A stretch of DNA of 63,510 bases, filler included, from Nemertoderma westbladi (taxonomy: Eukaryota; Animalia; Xenacoelomorpha), in NCBI GenBank assembly GCA_032718475.1. It is 4 parts of 4 records of this genome, joined end to end, with 100 filler letters (N's around TTAATTAATTAA, not from the genome) between each part and the next. Parts side by side here need not be neighbours in the genome. Positions count along the whole stretch, not along the records: positions 1 to 31,670 come from JAUCBJ010007708.1; 3 more parts are not named here. One strand, 5' to 3'. Both the position numbers and the translations under genes were made by a program. Shown here one piece after another: positions 1-14,612 of this stretch. How positions within the stretch are numbered: position 1 is the stretch's first letter; each line of letters opens with the position of its first letter. The notes below the pieces were generated by a model. It saw only the letters and a list, made by a program, of their open reading frames with translations, had not been told where the DNA came from and ran no database searches.

Positions 1-1099
1 ACAATATTATTCACTTTCGGGGAATATTAACAGTTCCTTTAGGACGTGGCGCTCTATCTATATAAACAGAGTTATGACTTAAACTAATCACAACGATATG
101 GCTTAGTTATAATTCACATATATGGCGCATTCTTTAGGAAATGCTTCGTTATCAGTATCACCCGCACACAATGCTGCACAATACTGCACACTGATCTGCC
201 GATCTTCACTGATTTTAGTTACATATAAAAGGAACACGGACTGACTCATGTAGGGGCTATCAAATAACATTAGATTCACTTCAAACCACTTTAACATAAG
301 TCACAATCGTTATGTATAACCTTTCTCTCTTACCTTCAGTATATCAAGAATATTGGGTTTTCGGGGTTATTTATCGTTATTCCAAATATAATAATTCATC
401 AACCAAATTATGAAGTACAGACAGCAAATAGCAGTATAACAATATAAAGTATGCACAGTGTTACACAGTATGCAGTGTATGCAGTACTGCAGTATGCATT
501 GATTGCATTGAGTTAGGTTAGTCAAGTTAGATAACGGATATATGTCCTTATGATTAAGCCTACTAGTGTACGGCTAAAACAGTAAAGCACAAAATACTTC
601 CAAGCCGTTCTTTCTTTGGCTCAGGACTGAATGTAAACACTGCACATAGGCATTGCGTCATTTCTCGGAAATTTTCTGTACAAGGAGCCACAAAAACGCT
701 CTAATTGGCTGACTGAACTGAGAGACGCCGTAGAACAAAGGAAATCAACAGGTATGAATGTCAGCTGTTAACCGTAGTCATAGTAACTACTGTTCAAGAG
801 TAGCTATCACCCCTTTGCGTCACGAATTGCCATAGAATCATAAAATATGCCTTTCACAGTACACATACGGAGGAAATAGGTCTTAGATCCTCTAAAAACA
901 CCGATACAGCAATAATACGGTCTCTTACACTTATTAAATCAACTACAGAGTATTTTAATGTAAAAGATAATAAAAATAACGGGGCAATTCAGCAAAGGCT
1001 TTTACAACTTTGCTCGATATGGTCTGTTTACAAAACATGGAACTGAACTCAAAGACGGAGCACGAATCCTCGGGGTATATGTTTCCAATGGGAAATGGC

Positions 1100-2230
1100 A
1101 GCGCGATGCATCAGTTCCCAACCCCGAGAATATTAATAAAAAGATTACTCATAGGAAACTCTTGTCCATTGTTGGTATTCTGCGAGGGAATTATTTGATT
1201 GGAGGATGGTTAAGGGTCGCGCTGAGTTGGCTACAATGCCAGGCAGCCTCCAGTACATATGAATATAATACCTACTAATAGAAATTATAAAGTTTGTACA
1301 TTTCGATGACCCGGTAAAAGGTGAATGGCCAATCGTCACTGGCATTGAGGGCGATGTCTGGGTAGATGCTAGTAACCTAGCAACAGGGCTATGGTTCGAA
1401 TTGGAGGACGAACAGCAGAAGACGGGGCATGGCTACTGAAGGACTCAGATCCGGAGCACATAAACTCTGCAGAACTAACAGCTGTAATTCAAGGAGTTAA
1501 CATGGGCTTAGAATGGGGTCTAAGGAAACTGAAAGTATATACGGACTCAGCTCCAGTGTATGCCTGGGTCAAGTAGTCGATGCTTAATGACGAGCACCAG
1601 CTGCGCACGAATGGTTTATCCTAAATGCTAATTCGACGACGACTTGAAGTACTTAAAGACACCATTAAAGAACTTGAGTTGACAGTATCCATAGAACTCG
1701 TTCCATCAGCAAAAAACCGAGCTGACGTTCTAACCCGCGTTTTTAGGAAGTGGCTAAATGTCACTCACAAAGGTGAAGGAGACCCTTATAACCACAGCTA
1801 TTGGTGTAGATGAAACCAATGGATCAAATCAACCAATGGGCGAGGTTGATATCAAGGAACGAGCTACAAACTTACACAATATTGCTCACATTGGTGTTGA
1901 TCGCTTAGAGGACTTGTGCAAAATTGATAGAGAACTTAAAGGTGTTCAAATAAAGAAGGAGATATTAGCAGCAATATTATAAACCACTGCACTGAATGTC
2001 AGAGCATTGACCCTCCGCCAGTTAAAATGCCGACAGGAACTGCAAAGATGGAACTGCCCGGGGACCGCCTCTCAAATGATTTTATAGACTATAAATAAAG
2101 TAGCTATGTCACTATATTAGATTGCTGTTCAAATTTCACAATCTGGCATAAAGTTCCAAACAAATCAATAGATGGCGTCATTTCTAAACTACAGAGTGTG
2201 TTTATGGAATGGGGGCCACCCAAGGCGATA
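1100..2230 (+). mobile_element. Degenerate Ty3/Gypsy-like LTR retrotransposon pol fragment (RNase H + integrase N-terminus)
   Basis: Consecutive broken ORFs read VWVDASNLATG / HINSAELTAV / KVYTDS (RNase H D-E-D), VPSAKNRADVLTR, then the integrase zinc finger HNIAHIGVDR...CTECQSIDP and the start of the core. Contains several stops and frameshifts; truncated by the next element. Confidence 0.8.
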
Positions 2231-4577
2231 CCTAGTACAGGCCGTGACACCGGAATTCTGGCCTCTGCTAGCGGAGGCCGACTTTTGAATGTCACAAAAC
2301 ATTTAAAATTTTGCATTATTATTCATTTTTTGTTATTATTTATTATTAATTTTATTTATTAGAATTTATTATTTATTGATATTTAAATTAGAATTTACAA
2401 ATATATAATTGATATAAAATATGTTATAGAATAAATTACAATATATTCAAAATACCTACTTATTATTAAGTAAACTAATACTGTAACGAAATGTAACAAA
2501 TATTTAAACGGAGGATAATTTTTTTATTTTACGATTTTGGGAAGATCTTCCATTTTTGGTAGGCTTTTTTAAATTTGCGCGATTGACTAATTTGGTATAA
2601 TTATTAAGAATAAGATTAGCTGAATGGAATATACCTTGGTTGTAAATAGCCTCGGAAAAAACATATCGGCAATGAAATTAAATGCATTCGATATTCGTTT
2701 ACTACAAAAATATCTCCTATTTTGCTCAGGAATATACGTGAAAAAAAAGTATACAAAATATTGTTATAGTAAGCAGACTATCATTGAGAACTGAGAGTCC
2801 GCCCCTGTTTAGAGTGTCAAAATATCCAGATTGTGACGATGGGGTTTCAGTGTCAGGTGATTTGAACTGCGGCTGCCGCGAAGCGATATAGCCAGCAACA
2901 TACAGGGATGCAGATTGAGTATCCGAAGAACATTCTTCTGCCAAGAAACATAATGAGTCAATTACGGTAAGTTCCTCTTCCTTTAATGGCTCTGAACAAT
3001 TTTCTCAAAGATGACTTGGGCTACCTGAAGTAGTTGAACCCATTTGTCCAATAACAGCACGAACCATATCGATTCTGTTGGTTTCGAAAACTTGGCACAC
3101 GCTTATATCATAATTACATCCAACGCTGCGACGAAAGTGTGCAAAAAGTTATTCGATAAAATCATCACTAAACTGACCATATGCGACCAGTTCGTGCTTA
3201 TTAAGGTAGATTCGTTGTCACTAGGTGTTCAGCCAAGTCTACCATAGCCAAACAATTATGGCTTAATGTATCTGCAGTGTCTTGTGTGAGATAATGAGTT
3301 CGATTACGTATTTTTGGGGTTCTTAATTGTTGAGCTAAAACTGCGAGTTCCTTTAGAAATTGAATAGAAGGTGACATCATAAAGTCGATGGGTTTTCGAT
3401 CCGGATCTCGAGTTTTAAAATGTTCATATAGCCTTCTCACATTAGTTATTCTAAAGAATCGACAGAAGATATCTATGAATTTGGCCATTTCTTTCGAACT
3501 GAAGGATGAACCGCTATATGTCTGAAGTGCGGCTGAAGTTTGTTCAGAGAATATCTTAGTAACGAGACCAACCGTTTGTTTCTCTATGTCTGATGGTTTA
3601 ATAGCCGGTCCACTAAGTGTAGTTAAGTGAATTATCGAATCCTTATCACTGTTATATAGCGCAACAATATCATCCCATTTAGCTGAATGGATTGACCTAT
3701 TAGAGACATCTTCAATATCATTATCATACCACTCAATTGTTCCAGTTCTCTCCGTCACCCAATTATTTCGAACACACAATAAAAAATATTTATCAACTCC
3801 AGGAATTTCAGTAGTCACCCATGGTTTGTTTGGTTCAGTTTCAAAAAGTTTCATAAATTTCTGGTTGACTCGATTTCCATCCACAATACTGGCCAATGGG
3901 ATGCCTCCAGCAGCTACGACTTCCTTGCACATTTCTATCACTTCATTATAAAGGAATTCTGCATCTAATGCTGAAATGGGAGCAATTGCAGAACAATGTG
4001 TTTACCACTAAAGAGACATTGTGCTAGAACAGCCAAAATAGTACTAGCGAGACTATTGCTATCATCTACTGTACAGAATTACCGAATATATGGCCACCAT
4101 GGTAAACAATCAATGCTTTAACATAAACCTCGTCTATATGGAGAGTTATAGTCTTACAGCGATCATCCTGATTGCTAAGAAGCAGTTTAATAAGGTCCAC
4201 TTTACTCATCTTGTCAACACAGCTGGTAAGTCTTTGCAGAGTTCGAACATTAGAGACTCGCAGGACATTTCGTAATTCTTTATACAACGACCCTGACATC
4301 GCATACCAGTGGAAGGCTAGTATTATATCATCCACATCATAAACCTTTGTGTTCCTTGGAGCATTAACCAACTTTACTTGTCTTAAAAAAAACCTTAGTT
4401 TCCTTCTTTTCTCAGATAACTCTTCGCTGTTGGGAGGATTTAGGATAATATTGATGCGAGTTTCTACTTCATCAAGTTCCGATCAAAAAGAGAGACGATT
4501 CAATGAGTTTAAGAAAGGGAAATTTAGTTTTTCTAGTTTACAATATGCTTCTAATCTAACAGCAGATGAATGTATTA

Positions 4578-5550
4578 GGCGAGTCAATCTAGCCGAAAAA
4601 GGGGGTCAACCCATAACAAATTCGCAATTCACCCAAACCATTTTTTTTTATTCTAAATTACCTTGTTAATACCCCCAAAAAAGTCTATAAAAATATATTA
4701 TGCGGATCACTTTCAATTTGCTGTTTCTTTCCTTAGCAACATGGATTTTACATAGCAACAAGGGGTCTAGTGGTGGCATTTTCTCCAAATTTGGTACAGA
4801 CAAACTTTACTCAAATGACTATCGATTGACAGAAGTATGCACTTCTATATAGTTACCAATTTAGTTTCCAGAGCAACGGAAATTTGTCTAATAATTTAAC
4901 CATTTTTAATACCAATTTTGCTGGTACAATATAAGGACCTTATTTACACAGCTTCTCTACTAAACGGGTGGATGTAACCTCGCCCATCGGATTTATCGAC
5001 TTCAAAAATGTATTTGTTATATGATAAACTATTGTGATTTTCAAACTAAAACAAATAAATAAATTACACCTAAAATCAATAGAGTAATCACAATTTAATT
5101 ATGTGAAAAATCTTCACTAACATTAATGGAAATTAAGAAATTTCCTTGCAGTGGAATTGTATAATTTTTTTACAACGGTGACCTTAATATATCGTAAAAT
5201 TTTTGATATATTTGAAAATTGGATGCGACTTCTAGTTTCCGAGATATAACAATTAATGTGTAACACGCCAGTGTAAATATTACTAATTTCCCATTGAATC
5301 ACAGCTTATTGTGAAATTAATTAAATTATTCTGGAACATCACCAATTTGCTACTTACTTTTCCCTGCTGTTCCTTTTGTTTGTCTTGTGTTATGCAAATT
5401 TACGCAGAATTTCCATGAATAAACATATGATCTGCAAAATAAAATCTTATAGACTTTTTTTTGGTCATTAATAAGGTAATACAGAATCCAAAATATGTGG
5501 TTCGGATTGATTGCGAAATACTTATGGGTTTTTTGCTAGATTGACTCGAC
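4578..5550. mobile_element. Non-autonomous TIR element (TA target duplication) inserted in the P-like transposase
   Basis: Left end ta|ggcgagtcaatctagc, right end gctagattgactcgac|ta. Imperfect inverted similarity extends about 130 bp (aaaaagtctata / tatagacttttt; attaccttgttaat / attaataaggtaat). Confidence 0.7.
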
Positions 5551-5622
5551 TATATGGTAAAATATAGAGTCCAATCGTTTACACAATTCTGTTGTTCGGT
5601 GCTAAATAAACAGATAGTATTA

Positions 5623-6084
5623 TCATAAACGGAAAGGTGTGCTTTGTTTGCAAAACGTGTTTGCCTTAAAATTATCAACACTTACAGAATCCGTCTCTCG
5701 GAATCTCTTTAACTCCCGATCCTCCATGATAAGGCGGCGCTTTACCGCAGATGTTGTTACCGTTGAGCGCGGATTGGTTGGAGTTTTAGGAACAACAGAA
5801 TCTGGAGCACCCAGGAAGATACTCGGGGGTACAATTGGGATCGAAGCTCCTTCTGGAACTGTACTTCGTGGAACATCGACTGGCCAATGCAGTGCACAGA
5901 CACACACGTTGTTTGTTACATTGTGTATTATATTCGGAATTGCTTTCAACCACCATTCACGTTCTTTGGGGTTGGTAGGAAACCGGTACACAGGTATAGA
6001 CTCGGCAATACCGGTACCGGATTTAGATTTACTTCGATTCTGGTAGCCAGTCGAGCAATAACCTACAGAGCACTTTCGCGGCAT
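5623..6084 (-). pseudogene. THAP DNA-binding domain of the P-like transposase
   Basis: C-x4-C ... C-x2-H THAP pattern with the conserved P and W, followed by an AVPSIF-like motif (VPPSIF). Confidence 0.85.
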
Positions 6085-6279
6085 CTCATCAACATATAAA
6101 ATTACAAATGTTTAATTATTAATATAATTACCGGTATGGTACCGGTATTAGACTGTTAGAATAGACTTTGCCTAGCCTGGCCTAAAGTTGGAAATATGAT
6201 GATCCCACTCACTACAGCACTAGCCACTAGCATACAGTGCATTTCACAGTACCTACTTCATTCATCGCTGAGTACCGGT

Positions 6280-8192
6280 ATCAGTTTGGTAATAAAAGTC
6301 GCGAATCATCAATGAGTAGAGATTTACCATCAGTTTTGGTAATAAAAGTCGCGAATCATCAATGAGTGGAGATTTACCATCAGTTTGGTAATAAAAGTCA
6401 CGAATCATCAATGAGTGGAGATTTACCATCAGTTTGGTAATAAAAGTCGCGAATCATCAATGAGTGGAGATTTACTATCAGTTTGGTAATAAAAGTCGCG
6501 AATCATCAATGAGTGGAGATTTACCATCAGTTTGGTAATAAAAGTCGCGAATCATCAATGAGTGGAGATTTACCATCAGTATGGTAATAAAAGTCGCGAA
6601 TCATCAATGAGTGGAGATTTACCATCAGTTTGGTAATAAAAGTCGCGAATCATCAATGAGTGGAGATTTACCATCAGTTTGGTAATAAAAGTCGCGAATC
6701 ATCAATAAGTGGAGATTTACCATCAGTTTGGTAATAAAAGTCGCGAATCATCAATGAGTGGAGATTTACCATCAGTTTGGTAATAAAAGTCGCGAATCAT
6801 CAATGAGTGGAGATTTACCATCAGTTCGGTAATAAGTCGCGAATCATCAATGAGTGGAGATTTACCATCAGTTTGGTAATAAAAGTCGCGAATCATCAAT
6901 GAGTGGAGATTTACCATCAGTTTGGTAATAAAAGTCGCGAATCATCAATGAGTAGAGATTTACCATCAGTTTTGGTAATAAAAGTCGCGAATCATCAATG
7001 AGTGGAGATTTACCATCAGTTTGGTAATAAAAGTCACGAATCATCAATGAGTGGAGATTTACCATCAGTTTGGTAATAAAAGTCGCGAATCATCAATGAG
7101 TGGAGATTTACTATCAGTTTGGTAATAAAAGTCGCGAATCATCAATGAGTGGAGATTTACCATCAGTTTGGTAATAAAAGTCGCGAATCATCAATGAGTA
7201 GAGATTTACCATCAGTTTTGGTAATAAAAGTCGCGAATCATCAATGAGTGGAGATTTACCATCAGTTTGGTAATAAAAGTCACGAATCATCAATGAGTGG
7301 AGATTTACTATCAGTTTGGTAATAAAAGTCGCGAATCATCAATGAGTGGAGATTTACCATCAGTTTGGTAATAAAAGTCGCGAATCATCAATGAGTAGAG
7401 ATTTACCATCAGTTTTGGTAATAAAAGTCGCGAATCATCAATGAGTGGAGATTTACCATCAGTTTGGTAATAAAAGTCACGAATCATCAATGAGTGGAGA
7501 TTTGCCATCAGTTTGGTAATAAAAGTCGCGAATCATCAATGAGTGGAGATTTACTATCAGTTTGGTAATAAAAGTCGCGAATCATCAATGAGTGGAGATT
7601 TACCATCAGTTTGGTAATAAAAGTCGCGAATCATCAATGAGTGGAGATTTACCATCAGTTTGGTAATAAAAGTCGCGAATCATCAATGAGTGGAGATTTA
7701 CCATCAGTTTGGTATTAAAAGTCGCGAATCATCAATGACTGGAGATTTACCATCAGTTTGGTAATAAAAGTCGCGAATCATCAATGAGTGGAGATTTACC
7801 ATCAGTTTGGTAATAAAAGTCGCGAATCATCAATGAATGGAGATTTACCCTCAGTTTGGTAATAAAAGTCGCTAATCATCAATGAGTGGAGATTTACCAT
7901 CAGTTTGGTAATAAAAGTCGCGAATCATCAATGAATGGAGATTTACTATCAGTTTGGTAATAAAAGTCGCTAATCATCAATGAGTGGAGATTTACCATCA
8001 GTTTGGTAATAAAAGTCGCGAATCATCAGTGAGTGGAGATTTACCATCAGTTTGGTAATAAAAGCCGCGAATCATCAAAGAGTGGAGATTTACCATCAGT
8101 TTGGTTATAAAAGTCGCAAATCATCAATGAGTGGCGATTTACCATCAGTTTGGTAATAAAAGTCGCGAATCATCAATTAATGGAGATTTACC
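6280..8192. repeat. 49-bp minisatellite, about 39 copies
   Basis: Head-to-tail unit atcagtttggtaataaaagtcgcgaatcatcaatgagtggagatttacc with few variants and no spacers. Confidence 0.97.
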
Positions 8193-8981
8193 ACAGATTT
8201 CGATTTTTGTGAAGAAATTGATGACCTGTCGGAAACATTAAAGGATAATAACTGTTTGCGAATTTCAGCGTTCCGTATTTGTTACTATTATTATTACACG
8301 TTTGGGGTCATTAGATGTGAGCCAAAAATGAAATTAATTCTCATTTTCTCTTGCAATGCATATTACGGGTTTTTTATTATTACTTTTTAAATAAACTAAT
8401 CATTTATTTTACAATGAAAGCCACATTTTCGTTAATTATGTTTTGTATAGCGATCAAAGCCATATTGTTTTTAATTGTTTCTAGGCGACTGTGAAGAATT
8501 TGAAATGCATCCAATTATATTTGAAACCTTTTCAATTCAATTACTTTTTAGCATCCTACTGTATAATAATAAATTTAAATGTCGCAATTCAATTGTGGGG
8601 GTATTATTCTAGTTATTCTAGTATATTTACAGAATAGCATCATATTATTGTTGTTGCCTGATTTTTCCAGGTGCAAAAATGTCAAAAGCCAGCCAGAGAA
8701 ATACTGTCCCGGTTTCCTCAGACAACCAAGCTAACATGTCTGGTCGCGTTTCTTATTGTTATTGATATGATGGAATACTAGCTTGATTAAAGGATAAATA
8801 TATATCATATAAATAAAAGTAATATAAAAAAAAATAAATTAAATTAAAATTAAACAATATTAGTTTATTATAATAAAGATTATATATATATTAAAGAAAA
8901 TTATAAATAGAGTAGGCCTATATATACAATACATATCACAGGATGTTGTTTAGGATCGATGGAAAAGTTAGGCCTATACAC

Positions 8982-10297
8982 TGGGATGGATCTATAATAC
9001 ATTGGATTAACACTCACACAGGTGGGATGGATCTCCAATACATTGGATTAACATTCACACAGGTGGGATGGATCTCCAATACATTGGATTAACACTCACA
9101 CAGGTGGGATGGATCTCCAATACATTGGATTAACACTCACACAGGTGGGATGGATCTCCAATACATTGGATTAACATTCACACAGGTGGGATGGATCTCC
9201 AATACATTGGATTAACACTCACACAGGTGGGATGGATCTCCAATACATTGGACTAACACTCACACAGGTGGGATGGATCTCCAATACATTGGATTAACAC
9301 TCACACAGGTGGGATGGATCTCCAATACATTGGATTAACACTCACACAGGTGGGATGGATCTCCAATACATTGGATTAACACTCACACGGGTGGGATGGA
9401 TCTCCAATACATTGGATTAACAGTCACACAGGTGGGATGGATCTCCAATACATTGGACTAACACTCACACAGGTGGGATGGATCTCCAATACATTGGATT
9501 AACACTCACACAGGTGGGATGGATCTCCAATACATTGGATTAACACTCACACAGGTGGGATGGATCTCCAATACATTGGATTAACACTCACACAGGTGGG
9601 ATGGATCTACAATACATTGGATTAACACTCACACAGGTGGGATGGATCTACAATACATTGGATTAACACTCACTCAGGTGGGATGGATCTCCAATACATT
9701 GGATTAACACTCACACAGGTGGGATGGATCTACAATACATTGGATTAACACTCACTCAGGTGGGATGGATCTCCAATACATTGGATTAACACTCACACAG
9801 GTGGGATGGATCTCTAATACATTGGATTAACACTCACACAGGTGGGATGGATCTACAATACATTGGATTAACACTCACTCAGGTGGGATGGATCTCCAAT
9901 ACATTGGATTAACACTCACACAGGTGGGATGGATCTCCAATACATTGGATTAACACTCACACAGGTGGGATGGATCTCCAATACATTGGATTAACACTCA
10001 CACAGGTGGGATGGATCTCCAATACATTGGATTAACACTCACACAGGTGGGATGGATCTCCAATACATTGGATTAACACTCACACAGGTGGGATGGATCT
10101 CCAATACATTGGATTGACACTCACACAAGTGGGATGGATCTCCAATACATTGGATTAACCCTCACACAGGTGGGAGGATGGATCTTCAATACATTGGATT
10201 AACGCTCACACAGGTGGGATGGATCTCCAATACATTGGATTAACACTCACACAGGTGGGATGGATCTCCAATACATTGGATTAACACTCACACAGGT
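8982..10297. repeat. 41-bp minisatellite, about 32 copies
   Basis: Unit gtgggatggatctccaatacattggattaacactcacacag, with internal inverted repeat tccaat-ac-attgga. Confidence 0.97.
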
Positions 10298-12679
10298 TAT
10301 TTTATTTCCATGGGGAGCTTTGGAGCTCAAGAGGAATAGAAATATAAGACGGGCGTACTAGGCCCTGCTCGGGGTGCCCCAATTAACGGCGTCAATTAGG
10401 GGGTTTTGATCGGATAAAAAAACAGTAGATACGATCGATAAAGCCAGTCTTATTCGTAAACTACATGACAATGGCTTAGTCCTTGCGAACAAGACGGCTT
10501 TGAAACTATAGATAAGATACCGGGGCATTTGTTGAACAGTTTGTTTGTCAAAATTCAGAATTTAAATAGCTAACGTGTATCTTTTGACTTTTGACTTATC
10601 TAGGAAACACATGTCCCATATCGGTGGTAATTGGATTCAAGAAATTGAGTCTAAATACATGAAAACTTTGGGTTCCGATGTGTGATCCGGAATCTATACT
10701 CGGTCGGTGATGCCGATGTCACAAGCCGCGAGCCACGAGCCGCGAGCTGCGAGCCACGATCCACGTGTGACTAAAAAAATGATTAAAAAACGTGTTTTAC
10801 TGTCGGAGTACCTTTAAAGCAGTACCAGCAAAAGTAGGCCTAGTATGCTCTGCGCCAATATGTTTTTTTTTGGGGGGGGGGGGGTGGGTGTGGGGTGGGC
10901 ACAACCTCATCATGAATGTGATTTTTATGTTAAGAGTTGGGTGACACACTCGTATTAATCAAGGCCGTTATCTATGCAGAGAAACAAATAATACCTTACT
11001 TTGGTCTTGTCACGGACTACAAAGAGCAACAAGGACACACATCCACCAGCCATACAGTAATTAATATCTTTGGAAGTGAAATTAATCTAATCAATAGTGT
11101 GTTGGGTGTATATCTATGGATGATGTGCCTTTTTGATTATTATTATATAAAGTTTTGCTTCTTTGACAAAAATACAAAGTACAAAGTGGAGTTGTTGTAA
11201 TCAGCAGTAATTATACTTCGGTAAAATATAATAGATTTTACGAATTGGTGAAAAAAATGGAAACAAAGTAATTACTACTATTCGTATTCTGATGACTTGG
11301 CTATTTCTTCTAATTTATCTACGGTTTGAGTAGAATTTAATCTCAGAAATGAACAATATCTATCTCCTCTTTAAGTAGGTGCCGGTCGAGTCTGAATTTC
11401 TTCTTAGTAATAATCATAAAGAATTAATACAATGTAACGATAATTAATATTCTGCGCTCAGAAGGATTAATTGCGCAAAATAATTCCTTGGAATTATAAT
11501 GACTTCTATGGTGCCATTGTAGTCATTCAGAACACGAATAGAAGATGAAGAGCTTAAAGTTGTCGATGAGATCAACCAGTTAAGCAGATGTGTCTTATGT
11601 TATTAGCTGAAGGTATTTAGCGAAAGTAATACTGATTGGCAGGACATTCCTTGGAGGGCCACCTGAGACAAGGAGCTTTATCTCTTGTACAAATAATCGC
11701 TTCTGAATTTCTTAAAAGGCTAGCAGCACTCAATAGGTACAAAGACATCTTTATTATCACATTTTGCCTCAGCATTATTTGAAAGTCTCGTGGACGTCGA
11801 GTGTTACGAATAAAACAGCTATTCATTTACATAATAGTAAGAATTAATTGTTAGTTATACTGTCAAGACAAAATAATTATACATAAACTTAATCTTTACG
11901 ATATATTAATATTTACTATTTTTAATACTTTGTAACAAGTAAGAAATAAACCCGACTGACTTAGCGATCCATGCCGGAATACTTAAGTGTGAGACAGGAC
12001 GGGGCTGTTGACACAAAACCCCTCATGGCGAATTAACAATTATTGTCAATTAAGAGAGAAGAGCAGGTATTCTAACCAAAACAATACGAAAGTAAATTAG
12101 TAGAACATGTTATCTTTTACTTTTGATCGTATTAAGCTGTTATTTCCTTAGGGTTTAAATTTCCTTTTTCACGGTCAGTAAGGATTCAGCCCTGAGCAGA
12201 ACAAAACTTGAATCAAAATAATATGGTTTTTAATAAAAGATTTACATCTGACTTAATACATTTTTATATGGATGTGCCAGGCCCAGTGCCAATGTATATT
12301 GACTTTCTGTATTTTTTTATACCTGTTATGCTGTTATCAACAGAAGTTAATTTCTGTGTGTCTGTTCTAAAATAATTGTTCTTTACATCATTACACATCA
12401 CACTGTTAAATCGGCAGAGTAAAATATATTTTCAAGACGGGGATATGAAATTGTTTTTACAGTTACATAATTATTTTTTTGAACGAAGCATTGTTCAAAA
12501 GACTAAAACTAATTTAAAATAATTTCAGATGGATATTGAATAAGTTAACAAGCATGTTTATTCATAGGGCCCACATTGCGTAACACACACGGAATATAAT
12601 AGATAAGATTAGTAGTTCTCTCAGCATTAAATTTCTCCTCGTATTTAATTCTGTTTCATTGGCTTAGTTGGCCGAGGGA

Positions 12680-13745
12680 AGCAAAAACACCATTATGGCG
12701 GTTCATCATTTTGGTAATCCTTACGATTAGGCGTTGAGTGATTGCTTCAGAGTGCTTCTACAGGCCTTGTTCAGCCCACAATGAAGCCATGGATCAAATT
12801 AATCTCGCCATTTGCTCTTTTGAGGCCGTGAAGATTCGCTGATTTAGCGAGGTAATCAAACGATTGAGTCACCCAAAGGGCGTCAAGATTAATCTGAGTC
12901 CCTTAAATCAGCGGAAACTGTTTCACAGAAACTTACCAAGGACACTTCTATTGAACCAAGTTAGTTTCTACATATAGTTCATAGAATGACTCCCCCCAAG
13001 AACAACAGAACTTTATCACAGAAATGCCAGAGAAGGTGTTCCAAAATCCTTGCAAAATGAAGTATTATTAATGCTACAGGGGCAAACTTTCCAACTGACT
13101 TTCCAACTCGCTAAGAAAAATATAAGAAATATCGGTAAGTCGTCGCCCGGATCAAAATGAAAGGCCGCTTTCCACATTGGTGATCCAGGTGGTGTCGAAA
13201 AATCTCCTTCTGGAACAGAAGAGAGGGAGAAGAAAGAAGAAACAACCAGTTGAAATGTAAGAAGACACTAAAGATTGATAAATGAACATGTACGCTAAAA
13301 TCACATATTAAACACGTAGACATGCCAAAGGAACATAACATTGACATAATTTCTATCCAAGAACATCGACACTGCATCATTTATAACAAGATCAGCACAG
13401 AAAATTCGGCCAACACATCAATTGGTGAGTAGAAATTATGAATTGGGAATTTGGTAGTACAGTCCTTAAACAACATCGAATCTATAAATTCCAGGTTCAT
13501 GGTTGCACCATTTGATGGGAATCCCAAGAAAACAATATGTTGCTATAGTCCAACAATGTATATCAGAGCAAGAGCAAGCAGTCAAGTAGTCAAGTACTTT
13601 GAAGATCCGACTAGACTTATAAAGGAGATTACGAAACAAAATGTCAAAGTCATTTCTGGTGACCTGAACGATCAAATAGGACCAGACGATATCATGGAGA
13701 ATCAGGGGCCCTGGAAGTTCAGGAATCCAGCTGCAATGTGATATA
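12680..13745 (+). mobile_element. Degraded 5' end of an RTE-like LINE (AP endonuclease remnant)
   Basis: Peptides IDIISIQEHR (near 13340) and SLNNIESINSRFMVAPFDGNPKKTICCYSPT...VISGDLNDQIG (13451-13741) match APE motifs. Confidence 0.7.
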
Positions 13746-14612
13746 ATCTCCTATATATTTGTAATGTGCTAGATAATATAGTAATAACTCAACATTGACA
13801 TACTAATAGCATTAAGTAAATGTAACAAACGCAATTTCCATATTAATTGTAGGTCCTCTACATAGTACATAATCACCAATCAGTCATCATATCAAAATGC
13901 TAGTCTGATTTTATAAATAATATAATTAAATAATAGATGAGTTATGAAAATAAATTAGAAGATATCGATTTATGGCTAATTCGAGTTTTCAGAATTTGAA
14001 TTGATAAGAACGAGTTTGTCTGAATCCCACTGACAACGTCGGGATCACTATGTAATTGGGTTGCGGAATCTAGGAATAATCAAACAAACAGTTTTGCCCA
14101 GACGTGTAGGAATGCCGGTGCAGCTGTGAAAAACAACTTGATTTGGACGTGTCAGGGAGTTGTATTGATGGCGAACAATACGAGAATTATCGCTATTGTT
14201 CGTGATGCATTAAAGAAAGAAAGGGAAGGTTGTATCGGACAGTAGGTGTCTTTTCAATAGCCTATGTTCCTGCACTAATTCGCTTCCTTATTGATGGGAT
14301 TACTGTCGCCTAGGATATATGACTGACTATTGAATATAACAATGTCAGTTGCAATGTGTTTGCCTCTAATAGCAACTCAATCAGTTGACGTATTAAATTA
14401 AATGGGTATTCTGGTTCTGTCTTGACACTACACCACAACGTCATAAAATACCTCAATGTTGCAAACAAGTATTTATGACCCGACTCACTCACTACTGTAT
14501 CTCAAACAATCTAACTTACGTTCAGCCCAAATTATTCAAATTAAAATGCTTCTTAATAAATTTAAACTGGACCTTTTACAATAATTAAAAAATCGGTGAC
14601 AAGCGTGATCAT

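Larger units (their letters stand above)
2238..6130 (-). mobile_element. Degenerate P-element/THAP9-like DNA transposon
   Basis: THAP zinc finger MPRKCSVGYC...YRFP...W...VCVCALHW at 5623-6084. Transposase pieces: LYKELRNVL...TLHIDEVYVK (4066-4371), IVDGNRVNQK...CVRNNW...IEKQTVGLVTKIFSE (3201-3941), LYVAGYIA...LNRGGL (2726-2944). GC hairpin ggcctctgctagcggaggcc lies near the likely 3' terminus (2260-2279). The other terminus was not identified. Confidence 0.85.

Noticed and set aside
5623-6084. Domesticated host THAP transcription factor
   Set aside because: Collinear with a broken P-like transposase carrying stops, frameshifts and a MITE insertion.
6280-10297. CRISPR-like arrays (49-bp and 41-bp repeats with internal hairpins)
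   Set aside because: Units are head-to-tail with no unique spacers, there are no cas genes, and the context is eukaryotic.
11200-11700. Possible very old LINE remnant (IEDEELKVVDE, LAGHS)
   Set aside because: Too degraded to support by eye; needs a profile search.
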